Position numbers and translations under genes: made by a program. A model generated the notes under the pieces. That model was not told the DNA's origin. It did no database searches and worked only from the letters and a program-made list of their open reading frames with translations. Of a DNA stretch of 64,000 nucleotides, positions 40,681-49,356 are shown one piece after another (position 1 is the first letter of the stretch; the number at the start of each line of letters is the position of its first letter). Source of the stretch: Pelagibacteraceae bacterium AG-345-O09 (GTDB lineage: Bacteria; Pseudomonadota; Alphaproteobacteria; Pelagibacterales; Pelagibacteraceae); NCBI GenBank assembly GCA_003281725.1, contig QCBC01000005.1:5140-69139 (forward strand). Reading direction: 5' to 3'.

Positions 40681-41856
40681 ATGAGTGATAATTCAAAAGA
40701 TGTAGTTATAGTAGAGGCTGTAAGAACTCCTATAGGTACTTATAATGGGTCCCTTAAAGACATAAGAGCACATCAACTTGGATCGATAGTAATTAATGAG
40801 ATTTTAAAAAGAAGCAATGTAAATCCTGATGAAGTAGATGAAATAATTATGGGTCAGGTTTTAACTGCAGGAATGGGACAAAATCCTGCTAGACAAGCTG
40901 CAATCAATGCAGGAATACCTGTTTCAAAACCTGCTTATATTGTAAATCAAGTTTGTGGTTCAGGATTAAGAGCTATAATTTCAGGATTTCAATCAATTAA
41001 ATTGGGAGACTCAAAAATAGTTATTTCTGGTGGACAAGAAAACATGTCAATCGCCCCCCAAATAGCTCTTAAAGAAAGTGAAAAAAAAAATTCAGAAAAC
41101 AAATTTTTAGATGTAATGATGAATGACGGATTGCTTGACGCATTTAAGAATTATCACATGGGTATAACGGCTGAAAATGTTGCAAAGAAATTCAATATAT
41201 CAAGAGAAGAACAAGATGGATTTGCATTAAATTCTCAAAAAAAAACTTTAGCAGCAATAAAAAATAATAACTTTGAAAAAGAAATAATTGAGGTAAATCT
41301 TAACAGAAATACTTTAAAACTTGATGAACATCCAAGAAATAATTTAACCCTAAAGGATTTACAAGAATTAAAAACAGTCTTTCTAGAAAATGGAACAGTC
41401 ACTGCAGGAAATTCATCAGGCATCAACGATGGAGCAGCCGCTTTAATGTTATTAAGTTTAGAGGAGTCTGAAAAAAAATCACTTGAGGCGTTAGCTAGAA
41501 TAGTATCTTGGGCATCAGTTGGGGTAGATCCTTCACTTATGGGATTAGGACCTATTGGAGCAATTAAAGAAGCTGTTAAAAAAGCTAACTGGAAATTAGA
41601 GGATATAGATCTATTTGAGATAAATGAAGCTTTTGCAGCACAAACTATTGCGGTTATCAGAGAACTGAATATTGATATCAGCAAAGTGAATATTAATGGT
41701 GGAGCTATAGCTTTAGGTCATCCAATTGGAGCATCAGGAGCAAGAATTTTAATTTCTCTAATATATCAAATGAAAAAACATAATAAAAAAAAGGGATGTG
41801 CCTCACTTTGTATTGGTGGAGGTATGGGTATTGCAATATGCGTTGAAAGAAATTAG
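40681..41856 (+). CDS. Acetyl-CoA C-acetyltransferase (thiolase)
   Basis: NQVCGSG, NEAFA, GHPIGASG, CIGGGMG; start placed at MSDN. Confidence 0.95.
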   Translation: MSDNSKDVVIVEAVRTPIGTYNGSLKDIRAHQLGSIVINEILKRSNVNPDEVDEIIMGQVLTAGMGQNPARQAAINAGIPVSKPAYIVNQVCGSGLRAIISGFQSIKLGDSKIVISGGQENMSIAPQIALKESEKKNSENKFLDVMMNDGLLDAFKNYHMGITAENVAKKFNISREEQDGFALNSQKKTLAAIKNNNFEKEIIEVNLNRNTLKLDEHPRNNLTLKDLQELKTVFLENGTVTAGNSSGINDGAAALMLLSLEESEKKSLEALARIVSWASVGVDPSLMGLGPIGAIKEAVKKANWKLEDIDLFEINEAFAAQTIAVIRELNIDISKVNINGGAIALGHPIGASGARILISLIYQMKKHNKKKGCASLCIGGGMGIAICVERN

Positions 41857-41969
41857 GAACTAATTTTTCCGTATTTCTTCTCTAATAAAATTTTTTGAAT
41901 CCATGTTTTAGCATCTATATAGGTGCTAACTTTTGGTTGAAAAAGTACATTTAATAATCTTTTAATCAT
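41853..41969 (-). CDS. Candidate 38-aa hypothetical peptide
   Basis: MIKRLLNVLFQPKVSTYIDAKTWIQKILLEKKYGKISS; stop overlaps the thiolase stop by 4 nt, as in other convergent pairs here. Confidence 0.45.
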   Translation of the reverse strand: MIKRLLNVLFQPKVSTYIDAKTWIQKILLEKKYGKISS

Positions 41970-42064
41970 TTTATTAATTTGAACTTAAAGAATGTCAAAA
42001 AATTGAACAGAATGTGTTAAAATTTGCAATTTACTAAGCATTTATGGTGTATAAAACATAATTA

Positions 42065-45000
42065 ATGACTGAAAAATTATTAGTTCCTGATATTGGAGAA
42101 TTTGAAGGTGTTGAAGTAATAGAAATTTTAGTTCAAGAGGGTCAAGAAATAAAAAAAAATGATCCAATAGTTACAATTGAAAGTGACAAATCTAGTGTAG
42201 AAATTCCATCAACTATTGAGGGTAAAATAGAAACAGTTAATGTAAAAATTGGGGATAAAGTTTCAAAAGGTGATTTATTACTTACGACAACAGGGACAAA
42301 AATTTCTACAAAAACAGCAGAGGACGTACCCAAAAATACTGAAAATTTAATAAAAGAAGCTGAAAATTCATTAAAAAAATCTCAAGAAGAAATAATTGAA
42401 AAGCCTGTAGCTCAAAGTCAAGAAACCACAAATAAAATTTTAATAAAAGAAGAAAATAAAACTGATAATATTCAAGTTGTTAACAAAGGTGATATTGATC
42501 CAACTGAAACAAATGAGTGGTTAGAATCTTTGTCTGCAGTAATTCAAAAAGATGGGAATCAAAGGGCTCATTATTTAATAAAGGAGTTAATAAATAAAGC
42601 CTATAGAGAAGGCGCAAATATTCCTTATACGCAAAATACCCCTTATATAAATACTATACCAGTCAGTGAGGAACAAAAATCTAATGGAGATCAAAATATA
42701 GAAAGAAGAATTAGATCTTTGATTAGATGGAATGCTGCAGCTATGGTAGTAAGAGCTAATAAAAAGTTTCCTGAACTTGGTGGTCACATAGGTACATTTG
42801 CTTCAGCGGCAACTCTTTATGATGTGGGTATGAATCATTTTTGGAGAGCGAAGAATAATAAATTTGGAGGGGACTTAGTTTATTTTCAAGGTCATAGTGC
42901 TCCAGGTATGTATGCAAGAGCTTTTTTAGAGGGAAGACTTAGTGAAAAACAATTGGATAGTTTTAGGCAAGAAGTGAATCCTGGAGGTTTATCTTCTTAT
43001 CCTCATCCTTGGTTAATGCCAAAATTTTGGCAATTTCCCACTGTCTCAATGGGTTTAGGTCCAATGTTAGCAATCTACCAAGCAAGATATATGAAATATC
43101 TGATCAACAGGGGCCTTATTAAAGATGAAGGAAGAAAAGTTTGGGCTTTTTTAGGAGATGGTGAGATGGATGAACCGGAGTCTTTAGGTGCTATTGGTTT
43201 AGCATCAAGAGAAAAATTAGATAATTTAATTTTTGTAGTCAATTGTAATTTACAAAGATTGGATGGTCCAGTTAGAGGTAATGGAAAAATAATTCAAGAA
43301 TTAGAAGGAATTTTTAGAGGTGCTGGTTGGAATGTGATTAAAGTTATTTGGGGATCTTATTGGGACTCATTATTAGCAAATGATAAGTCAGGCCATCTTG
43401 TTAAGATAATGAATGAAACAGTCGATGGAGAATACCAAGCGATAAAAGCAAGAGATGGTGCTTTTGTTAGAGAAAAATTTTTTGGGAAATATCCAGAGAC
43501 AGAAAAATTAGTTTCAAGTTTATCTGACAAAGATATTTGGAGACTAAATAGAGGTGGTCATGATCCCCATAAAGTTTTTGCTGCATATGATAAAGCTTCA
43601 AAAAATATTGGAAGCCCAACAGTTGTAATTGCTAAAACAATAAAAGGTTATGGGATGGGTAAAAGTGGAGAAAGTGTTAACACTACGCATCAAACAAAAA
43701 AATTAGATATTGATGATTTAATGTACTATAGAGATAGGTTTGATGTTCCATTGACAGATGATCAAGTAAAAAATATTGAATATTATAAACCTGATACTAG
43801 TTCAGCTGAGATTAAATATCTAAAAGAAAGAAGACTTCAACTTGGTGGATTTATTCCTGAGAGGACAACTTATGCTAAATCTATAAAAGCACCACCTAAA
43901 AATATTTTTGATAATATGAAAGAATCTACCGGTAAAAAGGAGATGTCTACTACAATGGCGTTAGTAAGAATGCTTACAAGTTTACTTAGGGATAAAAATG
44001 TTGCACCAAGACTGGTTCCAATTATTCCCGATGAAGCTCGAACATTTGGTATGGAGGGTTTTTTTCAAAAGGTTGGAATATATGCTCATGAGGGCCAAAA
44101 GTATGAACCTGAAGATGCTGCTCAACTAAGTTCTTACAAAGAAGAAAAAAGTGGTCAAGTATTAGAAGAGGGAATTACTGAAGCAGGAGCCATGTCTTCT
44201 TGGATAGCTGCAGGAACTTCCTACACAAATCATGATTTAGAAATGATACCCATATATCTATTTTATTCTATGTTTGGTTTCCAAAGAATTGGAGATTTTG
44301 CTTGGGCAGGAGCTGACAGTCAATCGAGAGGTTTTTTAATTGGTGCTACAGCTGGAAGAACAACATTAGCTGGAGAGGGACTGCAACATCAAGATGGCCA
44401 CAGTCATTTGATGGCATCAACAATACCAAACTGTATTTCTTATGATCCAACATTCCATTATGAGTTAGCAGTAATTTTTAGGGAAGGTTTAAAAAGGATG
44501 CATGAAAAAAATGAAAATATTTTTTATTATATTACTACAATGAATGAAAATTATTCCCACCCAGAAATGCCAAAAGATAAAAATTGTGAGGAGGGAATTC
44601 TCAAAGGTATGTACAAAATCAAAGAGTTTAATAAACATAAAAAAAATAAAATTCAGTTTTTAGGCTCTGGTACAATTTTAAGAGAAATGATTGCGGGTGC
44701 TGAAATATTACAAAAAGAATATAATATAGATAGTGAAGTTTGGAGTGTTACAAGTTTTAATGAATTAAGAAAAGATGGACTAGAGGTAGAAAGATATAAT
44801 CTTTTAAATCCTGATAAAGATCAAAAAAAATCGTACGTTGAAAAATGTTTAGAAAAAACAGAGGGACCAATATTAGCAGCTTCAGACTATATGAGAATGA
44901 ATTCTGATCAGATAAGACCATATATAAATAAAAGCTTTTATTCTTTAGGAACAGACGGGTTTGGAAGAAGTGATACGAGAAAAAATTTAAGAAAATTTTT

Positions 45001-45139
45001 TGAAGTAGATAAAGAACATGTAGTTGCTTATGGATTAAGTATATTGGCAAAAGAACAACTTTTACCATCTAAATATGCTTCAGAGGCTTTAAAAAAATAT
45101 AAAATCGACCCCAACAAACCAATGCCATCAAGATTATAA
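42065..45139 (+). CDS. aceE: Pyruvate dehydrogenase E1 (homodimeric AceE type) with fused N-terminal lipoyl domain
   Basis: VPDIG...IESDKSSVEIPS lipoyl domain, then DIDPTETNEWL, GDGEMDEPES ThDP motif, GEGLQHQDG. Confidence 0.96.
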   Translation: MTEKLLVPDIGEFEGVEVIEILVQEGQEIKKNDPIVTIESDKSSVEIPSTIEGKIETVNVKIGDKVSKGDLLLTTTGTKISTKTAEDVPKNTENLIKEAENSLKKSQEEIIEKPVAQSQETTNKILIKEENKTDNIQVVNKGDIDPTETNEWLESLSAVIQKDGNQRAHYLIKELINKAYREGANIPYTQNTPYINTIPVSEEQKSNGDQNIERRIRSLIRWNAAAMVVRANKKFPELGGHIGTFASAATLYDVGMNHFWRAKNNKFGGDLVYFQGHSAPGMYARAFLEGRLSEKQLDSFRQEVNPGGLSSYPHPWLMPKFWQFPTVSMGLGPMLAIYQARYMKYLINRGLIKDEGRKVWAFLGDGEMDEPESLGAIGLASREKLDNLIFVVNCNLQRLDGPVRGNGKIIQELEGIFRGAGWNVIKVIWGSYWDSLLANDKSGHLVKIMNETVDGEYQAIKARDGAFVREKFFGKYPETEKLVSSLSDKDIWRLNRGGHDPHKVFAAYDKASKNIGSPTVVIAKTIKGYGMGKSGESVNTTHQTKKLDIDDLMYYRDRFDVPLTDDQVKNIEYYKPDTSSAEIKYLKERRLQLGGFIPERTTYAKSIKAPPKNIFDNMKESTGKKEMSTTMALVRMLTSLLRDKNVAPRLVPIIPDEARTFGMEGFFQKVGIYAHEGQKYEPEDAAQLSSYKEEKSGQVLEEGITEAGAMSSWIAAGTSYTNHDLEMIPIYLFYSMFGFQRIGDFAWAGADSQSRGFLIGATAGRTTLAGEGLQHQDGHSHLMASTIPNCISYDPTFHYELAVIFREGLKRMHEKNENIFYYITTMNENYSHPEMPKDKNCEEGILKGMYKIKEFNKHKKNKIQFLGSGTILREMIAGAEILQKEYNIDSEVWSVTSFNELRKDGLEVERYNLLNPDKDQKKSYVEKCLEKTEGPILAASDYMRMNSDQIRPYINKSFYSLGTDGFGRSDTRKNLRKFFEVDKEHVVAYGLSILAKEQLLPSKYASEALKKYKIDPNKPMPSRL

Positions 45140-46069
45140 ATGTCAAAAAATGATTTATTAAAAATTATTCCAGCATCACCAAAAGCAAGAAAATTTGCAA
45201 GAGAACTTGGTGTAGATATTAATAAAGTACAGGGCACTGAAAGAGATGGTCGTGTAGTGGAGAAAGATATTAAATTATTTGTTTCTAATAAATCAGGTCA
45301 AAATGAGAAGGTTCATATTAATAAAAATGAGGAAAATAAATTAGAATATGCTCATTCAGTATTTGGTGAAATTGAAATAAAAGACATTCCTAGAATAAAA
45401 AAAATTTCATCAAAATATTTAGTTAACTCTTGGACACAAATACCTCATGTTACAAACCATGATGAAGCCGACATCACTGAAATGGAAGAATTTAGAAATT
45501 CCCTTACAGATATATATACAGGGGAAAAAAAGAAAATAACGCCTTTAGCATTTATTGTTAAAGCTTTATCCGCATCTTTAAAAAAGTATCCTAGTTTTAA
45601 TTCTTCGATAGATGAAATTGATAATGGAAAAATGACATTTAAAAAATATTACCATATTGGTATAGCAGTAGATACACCACATGGATTAATGGTTCCTAAA
45701 TTAAGAAACACTGAAAATAAAAATATTTCCTTAATTGCTGATGAATTAAAAAAAATAAGTGAAGAATGTAGAAATCTTAAAATCGATAAAAAGGAACTTT
45801 TTGGGGGATCAATGACCATAACGAGTCTTGGTGGAATAGGAGGTTCATTTTTTACCCCGATTATTAATTATCCTGAAGTCGCAATTTTAGGAATTGGGAA
45901 ATCACAAAAAAAACAAATTTATTTAAATGGCAGATTTCAAATTCGTACAATGTTACCTTTATCTCTATCATACGATCATAGAATAATTGACGGTGCCGAA
46001 GCAGCTAGATTTAATAATGAATTAAAGGAAAATTTAGGAAAAAATTTTGCTTATAAATTAGCTGTTTAA
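45140..46069 (+). CDS. aceF: Dihydrolipoamide acetyltransferase E2 lacking a lipoyl domain
   Basis: Begins with the subunit-binding domain (ASPKARKFARELGVD), catalytic domain with SYDHRIIDG. Confidence 0.93.
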   Translation: MSKNDLLKIIPASPKARKFARELGVDINKVQGTERDGRVVEKDIKLFVSNKSGQNEKVHINKNEENKLEYAHSVFGEIEIKDIPRIKKISSKYLVNSWTQIPHVTNHDEADITEMEEFRNSLTDIYTGEKKKITPLAFIVKALSASLKKYPSFNSSIDEIDNGKMTFKKYYHIGIAVDTPHGLMVPKLRNTENKNISLIADELKKISEECRNLKIDKKELFGGSMTITSLGGIGGSFFTPIINYPEVAILGIGKSQKKQIYLNGRFQIRTMLPLSLSYDHRIIDGAEAARFNNELKENLGKNFAYKLAV

Positions 46070-46077
46070 ATAAACTT

Positions 46078-46968
46078 ATGTCAAAAACAGTATCTTTACT
46101 TAGTGCCCTATTGTGTACATTTATTTGGGGAACAACTTTTATTGCTCAAGACACTGGTATGGATGATATTGGTCCATTTACCTTTAATGCTGTCAGATTT
46201 TTTGTTGGTTTCTTGGCGATACTTCCTCTTGTATTTTTATTCGAAATAAAAAAGTTTAAATCTGAATTTAAATTAGATATCAAAATATTTGTTATTCTCT
46301 CTGCATTAATTGGAATATCACTTTTTTTAGGCTCTGCTTTACAGCAAGTTGCTTTACTTCATACAGATGTGGCAAATGCAGCTTTCTTCACAATTTTTTA
46401 TGTTCCAATGGTACCAATTATAGTTTTTTTATTTAAAAAAAAATCAATTCATTGGAGTGTATGGCCATCAGTAGTTTTATGTTTAATTGGAGGATATTTA
46501 CTTACAAATTTTTATGATGCAACTGTAAGATTAGGCGATAGTTTAGTATTACTAGGGGCTTTTTTTTGGAGCACTCATATTATTTTTACTGGCATGATTG
46601 TTGTCAGGTATAATCTTCCTCTTACAATAGGAGCTTTGCAAACATTAATTGTGGCAGTATTTTCTTTCATAATTAGTTCAATTTACGAAGAATTTATTTT
46701 AAAAAATATTTTAAAAGAAATCGACTCTATTCTATATGCTGGAATTTTATCTGGAGGATTTGCATTTGTTCTTCAGATTTATGCTCAAAGAAGAATTGCA
46801 CCAGCCCCTGCTGCAATAATTTTTTCTTTAGAGGGAGTATTTGCTACTATTGCAGCCTGGTTTTTGCTTAATCAAATATTGGATATTAATAATATTTTAG
46901 GATGTTTTTTTATTTTATGTGGAGTTTTGTTATCACAACTTTTACCTTTAATGAAAAAAACTGCCTAA
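46078..46968 (+). CDS. DMT/EamA family transporter
   Basis: IWGTTF, RF..G, about 10 TM helices, LEGVFA. Confidence 0.9.
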   Translation: MSKTVSLLSALLCTFIWGTTFIAQDTGMDDIGPFTFNAVRFFVGFLAILPLVFLFEIKKFKSEFKLDIKIFVILSALIGISLFLGSALQQVALLHTDVANAAFFTIFYVPMVPIIVFLFKKKSIHWSVWPSVVLCLIGGYLLTNFYDATVRLGDSLVLLGAFFWSTHIIFTGMIVVRYNLPLTIGALQTLIVAVFSFIISSIYEEFILKNILKEIDSILYAGILSGGFAFVLQIYAQRRIAPAPAAIIFSLEGVFATIAAWFLLNQILDINNILGCFFILCGVLLSQLLPLMKKTA

Positions 46969-47732
46969 GAATATATTATCAAAAATAATATTGAAGCAAT
47001 AAAAATTCTATAAATAATAAAAATATTCAATGAGAACCTATTAATATAACTTAAAAAAAATTTGATTGTAAAATATGAAAATAAAAATGACAAAATTATT
47101 GAAAGTATTATAAGATAATTTATTTCAAGAGGTTGATTAGCTGCATTTTTGAGGCCAAGAAAACTTGCGCCTGCTAAAGCTGGGATTGATAATAAAAATG
47201 AAATCTTACTTGAGTCAACTCTATTAAACTTTAAAAATCGCGCTGCGGTTAATGTAATACCCGCTCTACTCACCCCAGGAATTAATGCCAGGATTTGAAA
47301 TAGACCAATAAATATTATAGATTTAATATTCAAATTTGTAGATATATTTTTATCAATTTTTTGCCTATCAGCAAAAAATAAGACTATTCCAAAAAACAAT
47401 GTTGTCCATGCAATAACTTTTAAATTTCTGAGTAGATAAATAAGTTCAGTTGAGTGGAGTAAGTATCCAAAAATAATTAAAGGTATAGAGCCAAGTAAAA
47501 TGAGTTGTAAAAGTTTTTTATTATTCTTTAAATTAAGTAGGTCTTTTCTGAAATAAAATATAATCGCAAATAAAGAACCTAAATGTAAACTGATATCTAT
47601 TAATAAAGATCCTGTCTTTAAATCATAGAAATTAGAAACTAAAATTAAGTGTGCAGAGGAACTAATGGGTAAAAATTCTGATATTCCTTGAACCGCGGAT
47701 AGAATAAGGATTTCTATAAATTCTTGAAACAT
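46965..47732 (-). CDS. uppP: Undecaprenyl-diphosphate phosphatase
   Basis: QGISEFLPISSSAHL, HLGS, PGVSRAG, SFLLSIP. Confidence 0.95.
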   Translation of the reverse strand: MFQEFIEILILSAVQGISEFLPISSSAHLILVSNFYDLKTGSLLIDISLHLGSLFAIIFYFRKDLLNLKNNKKLLQLILLGSIPLIIFGYLLHSTELIYLLRNLKVIAWTTLFFGIVLFFADRQKIDKNISTNLNIKSIIFIGLFQILALIPGVSRAGITLTAARFLKFNRVDSSKISFLLSIPALAGASFLGLKNAANQPLEINYLIILSIILSFLFSYFTIKFFLSYINRFSLNIFIIYRIFIASILFLIIYS

Positions 47733-47833
47733 ATAAGTGTCGTAACTTAAAAAATATTGATTTTAAACAATTCGATTTACTCATAATAGGTATGCAAAAA
47801 TTGGAATTTTCATATATATGGCTATTAATTCAT

Positions 47834-47864
47834 TTATTTAGGTCATCTATACTGACCTAAATAA
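47834..47864. promoter_or_regulatory. Perfect 12-bp inverted repeat upstream of gltD (candidate operator)
   Basis: TTATTTAGGTCA-TCTATAC-TGACCTAAATAA in the divergent uppP/gltD spacer. Confidence 0.6.
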
Positions 47865-47916
47865 TTCTTTTACTAATAAAAACAATGTATATTTTGCCTA
47901 AAATTTATAAAAAAAT

Positions 47917-49356
47917 ATGACTGATAAAATGCTTAAGTTTGTGAAAATAGGTCAACAAACTCCACCTAAAAGAGAGGTCTGTACTAGAAAAGAAGATTTC
48001 AATGAAATTTATGATGAATTTATTAATCAAAAGGCCCAAGAACAATCAAGCAGATGTTCACAATGCGGAGTACCATTCTGTCAAGTCCACTGTCCACTTA
48101 GCAATAATATCCCAGATTGGTTAAAGTTAACTGCGGAGGGAAGATTAAAGGAGGCTTATGAGTTGTCACAAAGCACAAACAATATGCCTGAAGTATGTGG
48201 AAGAATATGCCCACAAGACAGATTGTGTGAGGGTAATTGTGTTATAGAACAATCAGGCCATGGAACTGTAACTATTGGTTCAATGGAAAAATATATAACT
48301 GATAATGCCTGGGAACAAGGATGGGTCAAACCTATTGAAGTAAAGTATGAAAGAGATCAAAGCGTAGGTATAATTGGGGCAGGACCCGCAGGACTTGCTG
48401 CTGCAGAACAATTAAGAAAAGATGGATATAAAATTACAGTTTATGATCGATATGATCGTGCAGGGGGATTATTAATTTATGGAATTCCTAATTTTAAATT
48501 AGAGAAACATGTTGTTGAAAGAAGAACAAAACTATTAAAAGATGGGGGTATTGAATTTATCCAAAATTTTGAAATAGGAAAAGACGCTAATCTAGATCAA
48601 CTTAGAAAAAAACATGATGCAATTTTAATTGCAACTGGAGTTTATAAACCTAGAGAAATTGAGTTGCCAGGAAATGATTTAGATCATATTTTCCCTGCAA
48701 TGGAATTTTTAACAGCTTCAAATAAAAAAGGTTTAGGTGATGAAGTTGAACTTTTTGATAAAGGTATATTGAATGCAGAAGGTAAAGATGTTGTAGTCAT
48801 AGGTGGTGGAGATACTGCTATGGATTGTGTTAGAACTTCAATAAGACAGAAAGCTAAATCTGTTAAGTGCCTTTATAGAAGAGATAAAGAAAATATGCCA
48901 GGATCTGCTAGAGAAGTTGCTAATGCAGAAGAAGAAGGGGTTGAATTTGTTTGGTTATCAAGTCCTAAAGAATTTCAAGGAAAAAATAAAATTGAAAAAC
49001 TAATAGTTGATCAAATCAAATTGGGTGAGCCAGATGATTCCGGAAGAAGAAGACCAGAAATAAAAAAGGGTTCAGAGTTTGAAATTAAAACAGATATGGT
49101 TATCAAAGCCTTAGGCTTTGACCCAGAAAATTTACCACTATTATTTGATGCGCAAGAATTACAGGTTACTAAGTGGGGAACTATTAAGACAGATTTTGAT
49201 ACTATGGAAACAAATTTAAATGGTGTTTTTGCTGCAGGAGACATAGTTCGAGGAGCATCATTAGTTGTTTGGGCTATCAAAGATGGAAGAGATGCGGCCT
49301 CATCAATGAAAAAATATCTTGAAAATATTGCAATAAAAAAAACACAAGTAGCTTAA
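47917..49356 (+). CDS. gltD: Glutamate synthase small subunit
   Basis: RCSQCGVPFCQVHCP, GRICPQDRLCEGNC, GAGPAG, GGGDTAMDC. Confidence 0.97.
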   Translation: MTDKMLKFVKIGQQTPPKREVCTRKEDFNEIYDEFINQKAQEQSSRCSQCGVPFCQVHCPLSNNIPDWLKLTAEGRLKEAYELSQSTNNMPEVCGRICPQDRLCEGNCVIEQSGHGTVTIGSMEKYITDNAWEQGWVKPIEVKYERDQSVGIIGAGPAGLAAAEQLRKDGYKITVYDRYDRAGGLLIYGIPNFKLEKHVVERRTKLLKDGGIEFIQNFEIGKDANLDQLRKKHDAILIATGVYKPREIELPGNDLDHIFPAMEFLTASNKKGLGDEVELFDKGILNAEGKDVVVIGGGDTAMDCVRTSIRQKAKSVKCLYRRDKENMPGSAREVANAEEEGVEFVWLSSPKEFQGKNKIEKLIVDQIKLGEPDDSGRRRPEIKKGSEFEIKTDMVIKALGFDPENLPLLFDAQELQVTKWGTIKTDFDTMETNLNGVFAAGDIVRGASLVVWAIKDGRDAASSMKKYLENIAIKKTQVA

